DNA from: Actinomycetes bacterium
GTDB taxonomy: Bacteria; Actinomycetota; Actinomycetes; S36-B12; CAIYMF01
NCBI GenBank assembly: GCA_029781935.1
Contig: JAKOVT010000470.1
Span: 22,247-86,246, forward strand
DNA: 64,000 nucleotides
Reading direction: 5' to 3'
This document shows positions 48,756 through 57,327 of the stretch, in pieces. The notes below the pieces were generated by a model. The model did no database searches, was not told the DNA's origin, and worked only from the letters and a program-made list of their open reading frames with translations. Every line of letters starts with the position of its first letter. Position 1 is the first letter of the stretch. Made by a program: the position numbers and the translations under genes.

Positions 48756-49415
48756 ATGACGGGGTTGTTGGGCGGGGCCAGAAGCCCCATCGGCTGGTCG
48801 GTTCACTACCTAGAGGCATCGCTCGACGCCGTTCTTGGGGGAATCGTCTCGGCGCGAGCAGGCTCAATCATCGAGGTTCGGGACCCCGAGCCTTACCCCG
48901 GTGTCCTGGAGAGGTTGGTTCCCTTCGAGGCTCCTTGGACACGTGAACTGGCGTTACCCTGCGGGTCCTGGACCGCCTACCTCAACAACGGAATCAACGG
49001 CGGCGACTCAACCGCGATCGGGCAAGCCGTGGCGCGGCGGTTGGGCGTTCGACACGTCATGGCGGAGCACACATTGCGTTACGGCCCAGGCCATCAGGCG
49101 ACGCAACTGTGGATCAGCGAGCCTCAGGGCTCATCCCCGATGGCTGGGCGAGTGATCTCCGCATCGGCGACGGATGGTCGCTGGGAATGGCACACATCTG
49201 GCGAGCCGCTGCCCTTCGAGGACGTCGAGCGGTACTCGGCTCGGAGGATCCGTGATCGGTTCGACCGCACGATGTTGTTGGGCTACCTGAACGCGCTCGG
49301 AATCCCTGCCGACGACGACAGCAGTTACGGCGACGGCTTCCTCGTCCAACAGGTCGTGGACTGGCAAGTCCGCTCCGTTTCGCTGGCGGAGGCTCGGGCC
49401 GAGTTCGAGAGCTAA
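48756..49415 (+). CDS. Right cassette hypothetical protein (about 219 aa)
   Basis: ATG 48756 downstream of the inner IR, TAA stop; WTAYLNN...GRWEW..GEPLPFE..RY..RRIRDRF..ML..YL.ALGI; atypical codon usage. Confidence 0.75.
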   Translation: MTGLLGGARSPIGWSVHYLEASLDAVLGGIVSARAGSIIEVRDPEPYPGVLERLVPFEAPWTRELALPCGSWTAYLNNGINGGDSTAIGQAVARRLGVRHVMAEHTLRYGPGHQATQLWISEPQGSSPMAGRVISASATDGRWEWHTSGEPLPFEDVERYSARRIRDRFDRTMLLGYLNALGIPADDDSSYGDGFLVQQVVDWQVRSVSLAEARAEFES

Positions 49416-49434
49416 CCGACTCGGACAGATCGCG

Positions 49435-49453
49435 AAGTGCCGATAGCGCTCGC
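49435..49453 (+). repeat. Outer IR, right copy (AAGTGCCGATAGCGCTCGC)
   Basis: Exact reverse complement of 47260-47278. Confidence 0.9.
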
Positions 49454-49485
49454 CTGGGGTCCACGGTGCGCGACATGCTGCTGCG

Positions 49486-49842
49486 GTGGATGACGGTGGG
49501 GCGTGGTTCGGGGTTCGTTGCGTGTTCCGTTGGCGCCGGCCGGGGCGGCACGCGGATCGGCTGTACGAGGAGCGGATCACGGTGTGGCGGGCGCGTGACT
49601 TCGAGGAGGCCATCGCCAAGGCCGAGGCAGAGGCCGCGGACTACGTATCGCTCGGCGGTGATCCAGGGGCGAGCACGTACCTCGGATTCGCGCAGGCCTA
49701 CCTCGTGGGCGACGACGTCACCCTGGAGGAGGGCGTCGAGGTGTTCTCCCTGCTCCGGCGCAGTCCGCTGAAGCGGCGTGCCTACCTCGACCGGTTCTTC
49801 GCGACGAGGTCCGAGCTCGAGGGCGTCTCCGACGGGTCGTGA
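49486..49842 (+). CDS. DUF4288-like protein
   Basis: WFGVRCVF...YEERITVWRA.DFEEAIAKAE...GVEVFSLLRRS. Confidence 0.7.
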   Translation: MDDGGAWFGVRCVFRWRRPGRHADRLYEERITVWRARDFEEAIAKAEAEAADYVSLGGDPGASTYLGFAQAYLVGDDVTLEEGVEVFSLLRRSPLKRRAYLDRFFATRSELEGVSDGS

Positions 49843-49901
49843 GCGCCGGCCGCGCTGGGTGCGGGGCCGACATCCGGTTGGGGCGGGCATAGGCTCGGTG
49901 C

Positions 49902-50435
49902 GTGGCTGCTGCAGACCTGGATGTGAACGCCGCCTTCGCGCCGCCGGGGGAGCCGTGGAACCGGGTGTCGCCCAAGCTGGCGACGGCGTACCGGATCTCG
50001 CTCGTCATCGTCGTGCTGCTCGTCGCGGCCGGCCTGTTCTTCCTGTCGTGGGCCGTCACGCAGGACCCGGGCGCGCCGAGCTGGTTGCCGCGGGTGTTCC
50101 AGACCCTGGTCCTCGTCGACCTCGTCGTGCTGGTCTGGGTCTGGTGGCTCATCGGTCGACGGGTGCGGTCGTGGGGGTACGCCGAGCGCGCCGACGACCT
50201 GCTCGTCACCAGCGGGATCCTGTTCCGCCGCCTGGTGATCGTGCCCTACGGCCGGATGCAGCTCGTCGACCTCAAGGCCGGGCCGATCCACCGCGCGCTC
50301 GGCATCATGACGGTGCAGCTGCACACCGCGGCCGCGACCACCGATGCGTCCATCCCCGGCCTGCCGCCCGAGGTGGCGGCCGACCTGCGCGACCGCCTCG
50401 CGGCGCGCGGTGAGCAGAGGTCGGCCGGGCTGTGA
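49902..50435 (+). CDS. Bacterial PH-domain membrane protein (YdbS-like)
   Basis: Two TM segments; WGYAERADDL..GILFR...VPYGRMQLVD..GP..R.LG. Confidence 0.88.
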   Translation: MAAADLDVNAAFAPPGEPWNRVSPKLATAYRISLVIVVLLVAAGLFFLSWAVTQDPGAPSWLPRVFQTLVLVDLVVLVWVWWLIGRRVRSWGYAERADDLLVTSGILFRRLVIVPYGRMQLVDLKAGPIHRALGIMTVQLHTAAATTDASIPGLPPEVAADLRDRLAARGEQRSAGL

Positions 50436-51910
50436 GCGGTCAGCAGCAGGACCCGCTCTCCTTCGAGGTCTTCAAGCCGGGGTCCGCGCCCGACGAGCAC
50501 GGGCGGCGACGCGTCCACAAGTGGACCCCGTTCGTGCAGGGCCTGCAGTGGTGGCCGGGCGCCCTGGTCGGTGGTGTCGCGATCATGGCGCAGAGCGGGG
50601 TGTCGCTCAGCCAGGGCGTGCTGCTCATCGGCATCGCGGCGGTCGCCGTCATCACGCTGGTCGGCGTCGGGTTCGCCTACCTCGAGTGGCAGCGGCGCTG
50701 GTTCTGGTTCGACGACGACGGCGACCTGCGCGTCGACTCCGGCGTGCTGTCGCTCAACCGTCGTCGCCTCCAGCTCAGCAGGCTGCAGTCCGTCGACGTC
50801 CTACAGCCGCTCATCCCGCGCCTGGTCGGGCTGGCCGAGGTGCGCGTGGAGGTCGCGGGCGCGGGCGACTCGAAGGTGAACCTGCAGTACCTCACGCTCG
50901 CCGAGGCCAACGCGCTGCGCAACGAGATCATCGCCCGCTCCGCCGGCGTGCGGCACGACGCGGAGGAGGCGCCGGAGAACCTGCTCGCGCAGGTGCCTCC
51001 GGGCGACCTGCTCGTCTCCCTGCTGCTGCGCGCGGAGACGTTCGGGCTGCTGGTGATGACGGTGGTCCTGTTCGTCGTCACGTTCTGGAACGCCGGCCCC
51101 GCGGGCCTGGTGTTCCTGCTCGTCGGCGGCGTCCCGATCTTCGGGACCTTCACGCAGTTCAGCCGCTACTACGACTTCACCGTCGCCGAGTCGCCCGACG
51201 GGCTGCGGCTGCGCCACGGCCTGCTCCAGAAGACGCGGCAGACCGTCCCCCCGGGCCGCGTGCAGGCGGTCGGGTTCGTGCAGCCGTTCCTGTGGCGCCG
51301 GCGAGACTGGGTTCGCGTGCGGCTCAACGTCGCCGGCGTCTCGTCGCACAACCAGGGGAGCGGCGACCAGAGCTACAGCGAGAACGTGCTGCTGCCGGTC
51401 GCGCCGTGGCCGGTCGCGCTCGCGATCGTCGCGCGCGTTCTCCCCGGCGTCGACCTCACCGACATCCCGTGGCAGCCGGCGCCGGAGCGCTCGCGCAAGC
51501 GCGCGTGGATCCAGTGGCGCCAGCTCGCGGTCGCCTGGGACGACACCGTCTTCATCACGCGCGGCGGTCGCATCGTCGAGCGCTGGGACGTCGTGCCGCA
51601 CGTCCGCACGCAGTCGGTGCGCGTCACGCAGGGGCCGTGGCAGCGCAGCCTCGGCCTCGCGTCGATGCACGTCGACTCCACACCGGGAGCGGTGAGGATC
51701 ACCGGCCACCACCGCGACGCCGTCGAGGCCAGGCGCCTCGCGCAGGAGCAGGCCGACCGCGCCGCGGCCGCCCGGGCGAGCGACACGTCGCTGCGCTGGA
51801 TCGGGCGGCACTACGCCGGTGAGGGCGTGGCCCCGGAGCAGGCGGCGCCGTCAGACGTCGTGCCGCAGCCACCAGAAGGCACCGAGCCCGGCGGGGTCGA
51901 GCAGCTCTGA
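50432..51910 (+). CDS. Bacterial PH-domain membrane protein (YdbT-like)
   Basis: Three bPH_2-like units (RLQSVD, RVQAV, RTQSVRVTQGPWQR); GTGA overlap. Confidence 0.88.
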   Translation: MSGQQQDPLSFEVFKPGSAPDEHGRRRVHKWTPFVQGLQWWPGALVGGVAIMAQSGVSLSQGVLLIGIAAVAVITLVGVGFAYLEWQRRWFWFDDDGDLRVDSGVLSLNRRRLQLSRLQSVDVLQPLIPRLVGLAEVRVEVAGAGDSKVNLQYLTLAEANALRNEIIARSAGVRHDAEEAPENLLAQVPPGDLLVSLLLRAETFGLLVMTVVLFVVTFWNAGPAGLVFLLVGGVPIFGTFTQFSRYYDFTVAESPDGLRLRHGLLQKTRQTVPPGRVQAVGFVQPFLWRRRDWVRVRLNVAGVSSHNQGSGDQSYSENVLLPVAPWPVALAIVARVLPGVDLTDIPWQPAPERSRKRAWIQWRQLAVAWDDTVFITRGGRIVERWDVVPHVRTQSVRVTQGPWQRSLGLASMHVDSTPGAVRITGHHRDAVEARRLAQEQADRAAAARASDTSLRWIGRHYAGEGVAPEQAAPSDVVPQPPEGTEPGGVEQL

Positions 51911-52861
51911 GGCCTGCGACGCGAGCGCCAGCGCATCGGCGTACGCGTCGGGATCCGTGCGCGCGAGCGCGAGGTCGGGGAGCGCGGCGCTGACGCCGAG
52001 CGCGAGCAGCGCGTCCCGCTGGCGGACCGGCGGGTACGCCGTCCCCGCGAGCCCGTGCGCCGCAGCGGAATCCATCGCCACGTGCGCCGTCAGGTTCACG
52101 CTGCCGTCGGGACGCGGCGGCACCACCGAGCCGTCGCGGTAGCCGGCGACCGTGCCCGCGGCGTACCGGCCCGGCTCCCGCTCCGCGCGCACGTGCCCGT
52201 AGTCGACTGCGAGCGCCGTGCCCGCCGACAGCCGCGCGACGCACGCGCGCCACGCCTCGTCGCGCGCGGCGCCGACCTCGGCGCGATCGCCCGGCGCGAG
52301 CCCGTCCCACCACGTCCGCGTCCACTGCGCAGCCTCGTCCGACGCGGGTCCGCCGACCGACTCGGTGCCGTCGTCGTCGACGAGCACGGTGCGCAGGGCG
52401 CCGTCGTCGTCGAGGACCACGACGTCGACCGGCAGCTCGTCGAGCCACTCGTGCGCGACGAGCAGCCCGTGGACGGCAGGCACCGCCTCCGGCGCCTCGC
52501 CCTCGATCCACACGATCCGGTCGTCGAGCCCGTCAGGACGCGGCAGCAGGTCGACGCCGACGAGCCGCAGCCGGCCCGCGAGCTCGTCGTCGGCCTCGTG
52601 CAGGAGCGCGGCGAGCAGCTCGCCGCCACCGGCCCCGACGTCGACGACGTCCAGCGACGGAGGCCTGCCGAGCCGCGCGTCCACCTCGCGCAGCAGCACG
52701 AGCAGCGCCCGCGCGAGCACCGGGCCGACGTGCGTCGCGGTGCGGAAGTGGGCGGCGGGACCGGCGCGCCCGGGGCCGTCGGGCCAGAACGAGCGCGCCG
52801 ACGCCCAGGCCTGCGACCACGGCCGCGGCCCGCTGCGCGGTGCGTCCCGACCGTCGGCCAC
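51851..52861 (-). CDS. SAM-dependent methyltransferase, MidA/NDUFAF7-like
   Basis: HFRTA, DVGAGGGEL, AHEWLDELPVD, AVDYG, LTAHV, QRDALLALG, LLDPAGLGAF. Confidence 0.85.
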   Translation of the reverse strand: MADGRDAPRSGPRPWSQAWASARSFWPDGPGRAGPAAHFRTATHVGPVLARALLVLLREVDARLGRPPSLDVVDVGAGGGELLAALLHEADDELAGRLRLVGVDLLPRPDGLDDRIVWIEGEAPEAVPAVHGLLVAHEWLDELPVDVVVLDDDGALRTVLVDDDGTESVGGPASDEAAQWTRTWWDGLAPGDRAEVGAARDEAWRACVARLSAGTALAVDYGHVRAEREPGRYAAGTVAGYRDGSVVPPRPDGSVNLTAHVAMDSAAAHGLAGTAYPPVRQRDALLALGVSAALPDLALARTDPDAYADALALASQASELLDPAGLGAFWWLRHDV

Positions 52862-52940
52862 CCCGGCACGCTAGCGGCGTCGTTAGGCTGGCAGGCACGT
52901 CCGGTACCGGCGAGGACCGGAACGACCAGGAAGGCCGCGC

Positions 52941-53846
52941 GTGACCGAGCAGCCCGCCCACGACGTACCGCCGCGCCTGCGCGTCGGCGTCGTCGGCACC
53001 GGGCGCGCGGGCGCCGTCCTCGGTGCCGCCCTCGCGCGCGCCGGCCACCACGTCGTCGCGGCGTACGCCGTCTCCGAGGTCTCGCGGCTGCGCGCCGAGG
53101 CGCTGCTCCCCGGCGTACCGCTGGTGACCGTCCCCGAGGTGCTCGCCGACGCCGACCTGGTGCTGCTCACCGTCCCCGACGACGTGCTCCCCGGCCTCGT
53201 GCAGGGCCTGGCCGACACCGGCGCGGTGCGCGCCGGCCAGTTCCTCGCGCACGCCAGCGGCCGGTTCGGCTACTCGGTGCTCGATCCGGCGACCGCGCGG
53301 GGCGCGCTGCCGCTCGCGCTCCACCCCGTGATGACCTTCACGGGCACCAGCGTCGACCTGCAGCGGCTCACGGGCGTGCCCTTCGGCGTCACCGCCCCCG
53401 ACCCGCTGCGCCCCGCGGCGGAGGCCCTCGTCGTCGAGATGGGCGGCGATCCGGTGTGGGTCGCGGAGGGCCACCGCGTGCTCTACCACGCAGCCCTCGC
53501 GCACGGCTCCAACCACCTCATCACGCTGGAGGCGCAGGTCCTCGACCTGCTGCGCGCCGCCGGCGTCGAGCAGCCCGCGCGGCTGGTCGCACCGCTGCTC
53601 TCGGCCGCGCTCGACAACGTCCTGCGGTACGGCGACACCGCGCTCACCGGCCCGGTGGCCCGCGGCGACGCCGGCACCGTGGCCGCCCACCTCGCCGAGA
53701 TCTCCGAGGTCGCCCCCGAGACGCGCGCGACCTACGTCGCGCTCGCGCGCGCCACCGCCGACCGCGCGCTCGCCAACGGCATGCTGCGTCCCGACGCCGC
53801 CGAGCGGCTGCTCGACGTCCTGGCCGGCCGCGAGGAGGACCGATGA
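52941..53846 (+). CDS. Rossmann-like/DUF2520 oxidoreductase (PanG-like)
   Basis: VGVVGTGRAG, LTVPDD, HASG, LHPVMTF, YHAAL, LTGPVARGD; upstream of panC. Confidence 0.88.
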   Translation: MTEQPAHDVPPRLRVGVVGTGRAGAVLGAALARAGHHVVAAYAVSEVSRLRAEALLPGVPLVTVPEVLADADLVLLTVPDDVLPGLVQGLADTGAVRAGQFLAHASGRFGYSVLDPATARGALPLALHPVMTFTGTSVDLQRLTGVPFGVTAPDPLRPAAEALVVEMGGDPVWVAEGHRVLYHAALAHGSNHLITLEAQVLDLLRAAGVEQPARLVAPLLSAALDNVLRYGDTALTGPVARGDAGTVAAHLAEISEVAPETRATYVALARATADRALANGMLRPDAAERLLDVLAGREEDR

Positions 53847-54700
53847 CGCACGTGGTGGCGACGCGGCCCGACCTCGCGGCGGCCCTCGCCGCGGTCGACC
53901 CCGCCTCGCGCCGGGCGGTCGTCATGACGATGGGTGCGCTGCACGCCGGCCACCTGCAGCTGGTGCGCGAGGCCCGCGCCCTCGTCGGCCCCAGCGGCCA
54001 CGTCACCGTCACGATCTTCGTGAACCCCACGCAGTTCGCGCCCGGCGAGGATCTCGCGAGCTACCCGCGCACCTTCGACGCCGACCTCGCCGCGTGCCGT
54101 GAGGAGGGCGTCGACCTCGTCTTCGCGCCGGCGCCCGACGTCGTCTACCCCGACGGCGACCCGGTCGTCACCGTCGACCCCGGCGAGCTCGGGACGCTGC
54201 TCGAGGGCGCGGTGCGCCCCGGTCACTTCCGCGGCGTCCTCACCGTGGTCGCGAAGCTGCTGTCGCTGACCCGGCCGCACGTCGCGCTGTTCGGCGAGAA
54301 GGACTACCAGCAGCTCACGCTCATCCGGCGGATGGTCCGCGACCTCGACCTCGGCGTGGAGATCGTCGGCGTCGCGACCGTGCGCGCCGACGACGGTCTC
54401 GCCCTGTCCAGCCGCAACGGCTACCTGTCCGACGCCCAGCGCACCGTGGCCCGCGCGGTGCCCGCGGCGCTCGCCGCGGGGCGCGAGGCGGCCGCGGCCG
54501 GCGGCGACCCCTGCGAGGTCGAGACGGCCGTGGTGCGGGCGCTGTCGGCGTACGACGTCACCGTCGACTACGCCGTCGTGCGCGACGCGCAGCTCGGCCC
54601 GGCACCGTCGTCCGGGGAGGCGAGGCTGCTCGTCGCCGTCCGGGTCGGTAGCGTCCGGTTGCTCGACAACTGCCGCCTGGTGCTGGGAGCCCCCGCGTGA
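53843..54700 (+). CDS. panC: Pantoate--beta-alanine ligase
   Basis: TMGALHAGH, FVNPTQF, RPGHF, FGEKDYQQ, GLALSSRN, RLLDN. Confidence 0.97.
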   Translation: MTHVVATRPDLAAALAAVDPASRRAVVMTMGALHAGHLQLVREARALVGPSGHVTVTIFVNPTQFAPGEDLASYPRTFDADLAACREEGVDLVFAPAPDVVYPDGDPVVTVDPGELGTLLEGAVRPGHFRGVLTVVAKLLSLTRPHVALFGEKDYQQLTLIRRMVRDLDLGVEIVGVATVRADDGLALSSRNGYLSDAQRTVARAVPAALAAGREAAAAGGDPCEVETAVVRALSAYDVTVDYAVVRDAQLGPAPSSGEARLLVAVRVGSVRLLDNCRLVLGAPA

Positions 54701-56358
54701 CCATCCGCCTGCCCCAGCGCCTCACCGCGCCCTCGCCCGGCTGGACCGTCGAGGCCGACGTCGTGGTGATCGGCTCCGGCGTCGCCGGACTCACCACCGC
54801 GCTGCACGCGCGGGCCGCGGGCTACCGGGTGCTGCTGGTGACCAAGGCGCGCGTCGACGCCGGCTCCACCCGCTGGGCGCAGGGCGGCATCGCCGCGGCC
54901 CTGGCCGACGACGACTCGCCCGCCGACCACGAGCGCGACACCCTCGTCGCCGGTGCCGGCCTCTGCGACCCCGAGGCCGTGCGCGTCCTCGTCACGGAAG
55001 GCCCGGGAGCGGTACGCCGGCTCATCGACCTCGGTGCGCGGTTCGACACCGACGAGTCCGGCGACATCGCGCTGACCCGCGAGGGCGGCCACCTGCGCGA
55101 CCGCATCGCGCACGCCGGCGGCGACGCGACCGGCGCCGAGATCTCACGCGCGCTCGTCGCCGCTGTCGAGGGACGAGCGGGCATCGAGCTGGTCGAGAAC
55201 GCGCTCGCGCTCGACCTGCTGCTCGACGACCGCGGCGCCGTGCAGGGCGTCACGCTCCACGTGATGGGCGAGGGCGCCCGCGACGGCGTCGGAGCCGTCC
55301 TCGCGCCGGCCGTCGTGCTCGCGACCGGCGGCCTCGGCCAGGTCTTCTCCGCGACCACCAACCCCTCGGTCGCGACCGGCGACGGCATGGCCCTCGCCCT
55401 GCGCGCGGGCGCCAACGTCGCCGACCTCGAGTTCGTCCAGTTCCACCCGACCGTGCTCTGGCTCGGCGAGGGCTCGACCGGGCAGCAGCCGCTCGTCAGC
55501 GAGGCGGTGCGCGGCGAGGGCGCGGTCCTGCGCGACGACGCCGGCATCCGGTTCATGGAGGGCCAGCACCCCCTCGCCGACCTCGCCCCCCGCGACGTCG
55601 TCGCGAAGGGGATCATGCGCCGGATGCGCGAGACCGGCGCGAAGCACGTGTGGCTCGACGCCCGCGAGTTCGGCGAGGCCATGTGGGAGAAGCGGTTCCC
55701 GACCATCCTCGCCTCGCTCCGCGAGATCGGCGTCGACCCGTCGAAGGACCTCATCCCCGTCGCCCCCGCGCAGCACTACGCGTCGGGCGGCGCCCGCACC
55801 GACGCCTTCGGGCGCACGACGGTGCCCGGCCTCTTCGCGGTGGGGGAGTGCGCCTGCACCGGAGTGCACGGGGCGAACCGCCTCGCGTCCAACTCGCTGC
55901 TCGAGGGCCTCGTCTTCGCGTCGCGCATCGGCGACGTCCTCGCGCAGGGCCTGCCCGAGCGCCGCGACCCGGTCGAGCCGTCGGTCCCGAGCGCGGTCCT
56001 CGACCCCGGTGCGCGCAAGGCGCTGCAGGCCGCGATGACCGAGGGCGTCGGCGTGCTGCGCTCGCGCGACTCGATGGCGGCGACCCTCGGTGTCCTCTCG
56101 GCGATCGGCCACACCACCACCGACGACCCGCACACCCGTGCGTGGGAGACGACGAACCTGCACGCGATCGCGACCGTGCTCGCCGCCAACGCGAAGATGC
56201 GCAAGGAGACGCGCGGATCGCACTGGCGCGAGGACTTCCCCGACACCGACGACGAGCACTGGCACGTCCGGCTGGTGTCCCGCCTCGAGGACGGCGTCCT
56301 GGTCACCGAGCAGGAGCCCGTCCCGCAGCCGCTGCCCTGGCCCGAGGAGACCGCATGA
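54697..56358 (+). CDS. nadB: L-aspartate oxidase
   Basis: IGSGVAG, WAQGGI, REGGH, QFHPT, SEAVRGEG, GVHGANRLASNSLLEG. Confidence 0.96.
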   Translation: MTIRLPQRLTAPSPGWTVEADVVVIGSGVAGLTTALHARAAGYRVLLVTKARVDAGSTRWAQGGIAAALADDDSPADHERDTLVAGAGLCDPEAVRVLVTEGPGAVRRLIDLGARFDTDESGDIALTREGGHLRDRIAHAGGDATGAEISRALVAAVEGRAGIELVENALALDLLLDDRGAVQGVTLHVMGEGARDGVGAVLAPAVVLATGGLGQVFSATTNPSVATGDGMALALRAGANVADLEFVQFHPTVLWLGEGSTGQQPLVSEAVRGEGAVLRDDAGIRFMEGQHPLADLAPRDVVAKGIMRRMRETGAKHVWLDAREFGEAMWEKRFPTILASLREIGVDPSKDLIPVAPAQHYASGGARTDAFGRTTVPGLFAVGECACTGVHGANRLASNSLLEGLVFASRIGDVLAQGLPERRDPVEPSVPSAVLDPGARKALQAAMTEGVGVLRSRDSMAATLGVLSAIGHTTTDDPHTRAWETTNLHAIATVLAANAKMRKETRGSHWREDFPDTDDEHWHVRLVSRLEDGVLVTEQEPVPQPLPWPEETA

Positions 56359-57266
56359 GCCTGCGTCCCGCCACCACCGCCGCGCTCGAGGCCGCCGGCC
56401 TCGACCCCGCCGCCATCGAGGCGCTGGTGGGCGCGACCGTCACCGAGGACCTCGGCGGCGGCGTCGACGTCACCTCCGCCGCGACCGTGCCCGCAGACCA
56501 GCGCTCCACGCTCGACCTGGTCGCCCGCGCGACCGGTGTCGTCGCCGGGATCCCGGTGGCCGCAGCGGTGTTCGACGTCGTGTGCGACGGCGACGCCGAG
56601 ATCACGGTCGTCGCCGACGACGGCGCCCGGGTCTCGCGCGGCAACGTCCTGCTCACGGTCACCGGGCGCACCCAGCAGCTGCTCACCGCCGAGCGCAGCG
56701 CGCTCAACCTGCTCTGCCACCTCTCCGGCGTCGCGACCGCCACGGCCGCGTGGGCCGACGCGCTGGCCGGCAGCGGCACCCGGGTGCGCGACACCCGCAA
56801 GACCACGCCGGGCCTGCGCGTCCTGGAGAAGTACGCCGTGCGCTGCGGCGGAGGCGTGAACCACCGGATGTTCCTGTCCGACGCCGCGCTGGTGAAGGAC
56901 AACCACGTGGTCGCCGCCGGCGGTGTCGCGGCCGCCTTCGACAAGGTGCGCGCGATGTGGCCCGGGCTGCCCGTCGAGGTCGAGGTCGACTCGCTCGCCC
57001 AGCTCACCGAGGTGCTCGACGCCGGCGCCGACCTCGTGCTGCTCGACAACTTCACCCCCGATCAGATGCGCCTCGCCGTCGGCATCGCCAAGGAGCACGC
57101 CGCCCACACCGGCGGCAAGCGCTGCCTGCTCGAGGCCTCCGGCGGCCTGACGCTGCCCGACGCCCCCGCCGTCGCGACCACCGGCGTCGACTTCGTCGCC
57201 GTGGGCGCCCTCACCCACTCCGCCCCCGTCCTCGACATCGGCGCCGACCTCCGCCCGATCGCCTGA
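56355..57266 (+). CDS. nadC: Nicotinate-nucleotide pyrophosphorylase (carboxylating)
   Basis: DTRKTTPG, NHR, KDNH, EVEVD, LLDN, EASGG. Confidence 0.97.
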   Translation: MSLRPATTAALEAAGLDPAAIEALVGATVTEDLGGGVDVTSAATVPADQRSTLDLVARATGVVAGIPVAAAVFDVVCDGDAEITVVADDGARVSRGNVLLTVTGRTQQLLTAERSALNLLCHLSGVATATAAWADALAGSGTRVRDTRKTTPGLRVLEKYAVRCGGGVNHRMFLSDAALVKDNHVVAAGGVAAAFDKVRAMWPGLPVEVEVDSLAQLTEVLDAGADLVLLDNFTPDQMRLAVGIAKEHAAHTGGKRCLLEASGGLTLPDAPAVATTGVDFVAVGALTHSAPVLDIGADLRPIA

Positions 57267-57327
57267 TCCCGCTGAATGTGCCCTGAACTGCGCTAGAAGC
57301 AGTCCAGGCGCCCCAAGGAGAACCGAG

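Larger units (their letters stand above)
47260..49453. mobile_element. Tyrosine-recombinase module with two divergent gene cassettes and nested inverted repeats
   Basis: Outer 19-bp and inner 23-bp perfect IRs, an intact recombinase, and cassette genes with more A/T-ending codons than the host genes. Confidence 0.75.

Noticed and set aside
47277-48806. 509-aa minus-strand ORF spanning the integrase
   Set aside because: Mostly antisense to the integrase; only the last 120 aa (from GTG 47639 with an RBS) look like a real gene
47260-49453. Classical IS, prophage or class 1-type integron
   Set aside because: No DDE transposase, target-site duplication, phage genes or tRNA att site, and no canonical RYYYAAC...GTTRRRY attC was recognised
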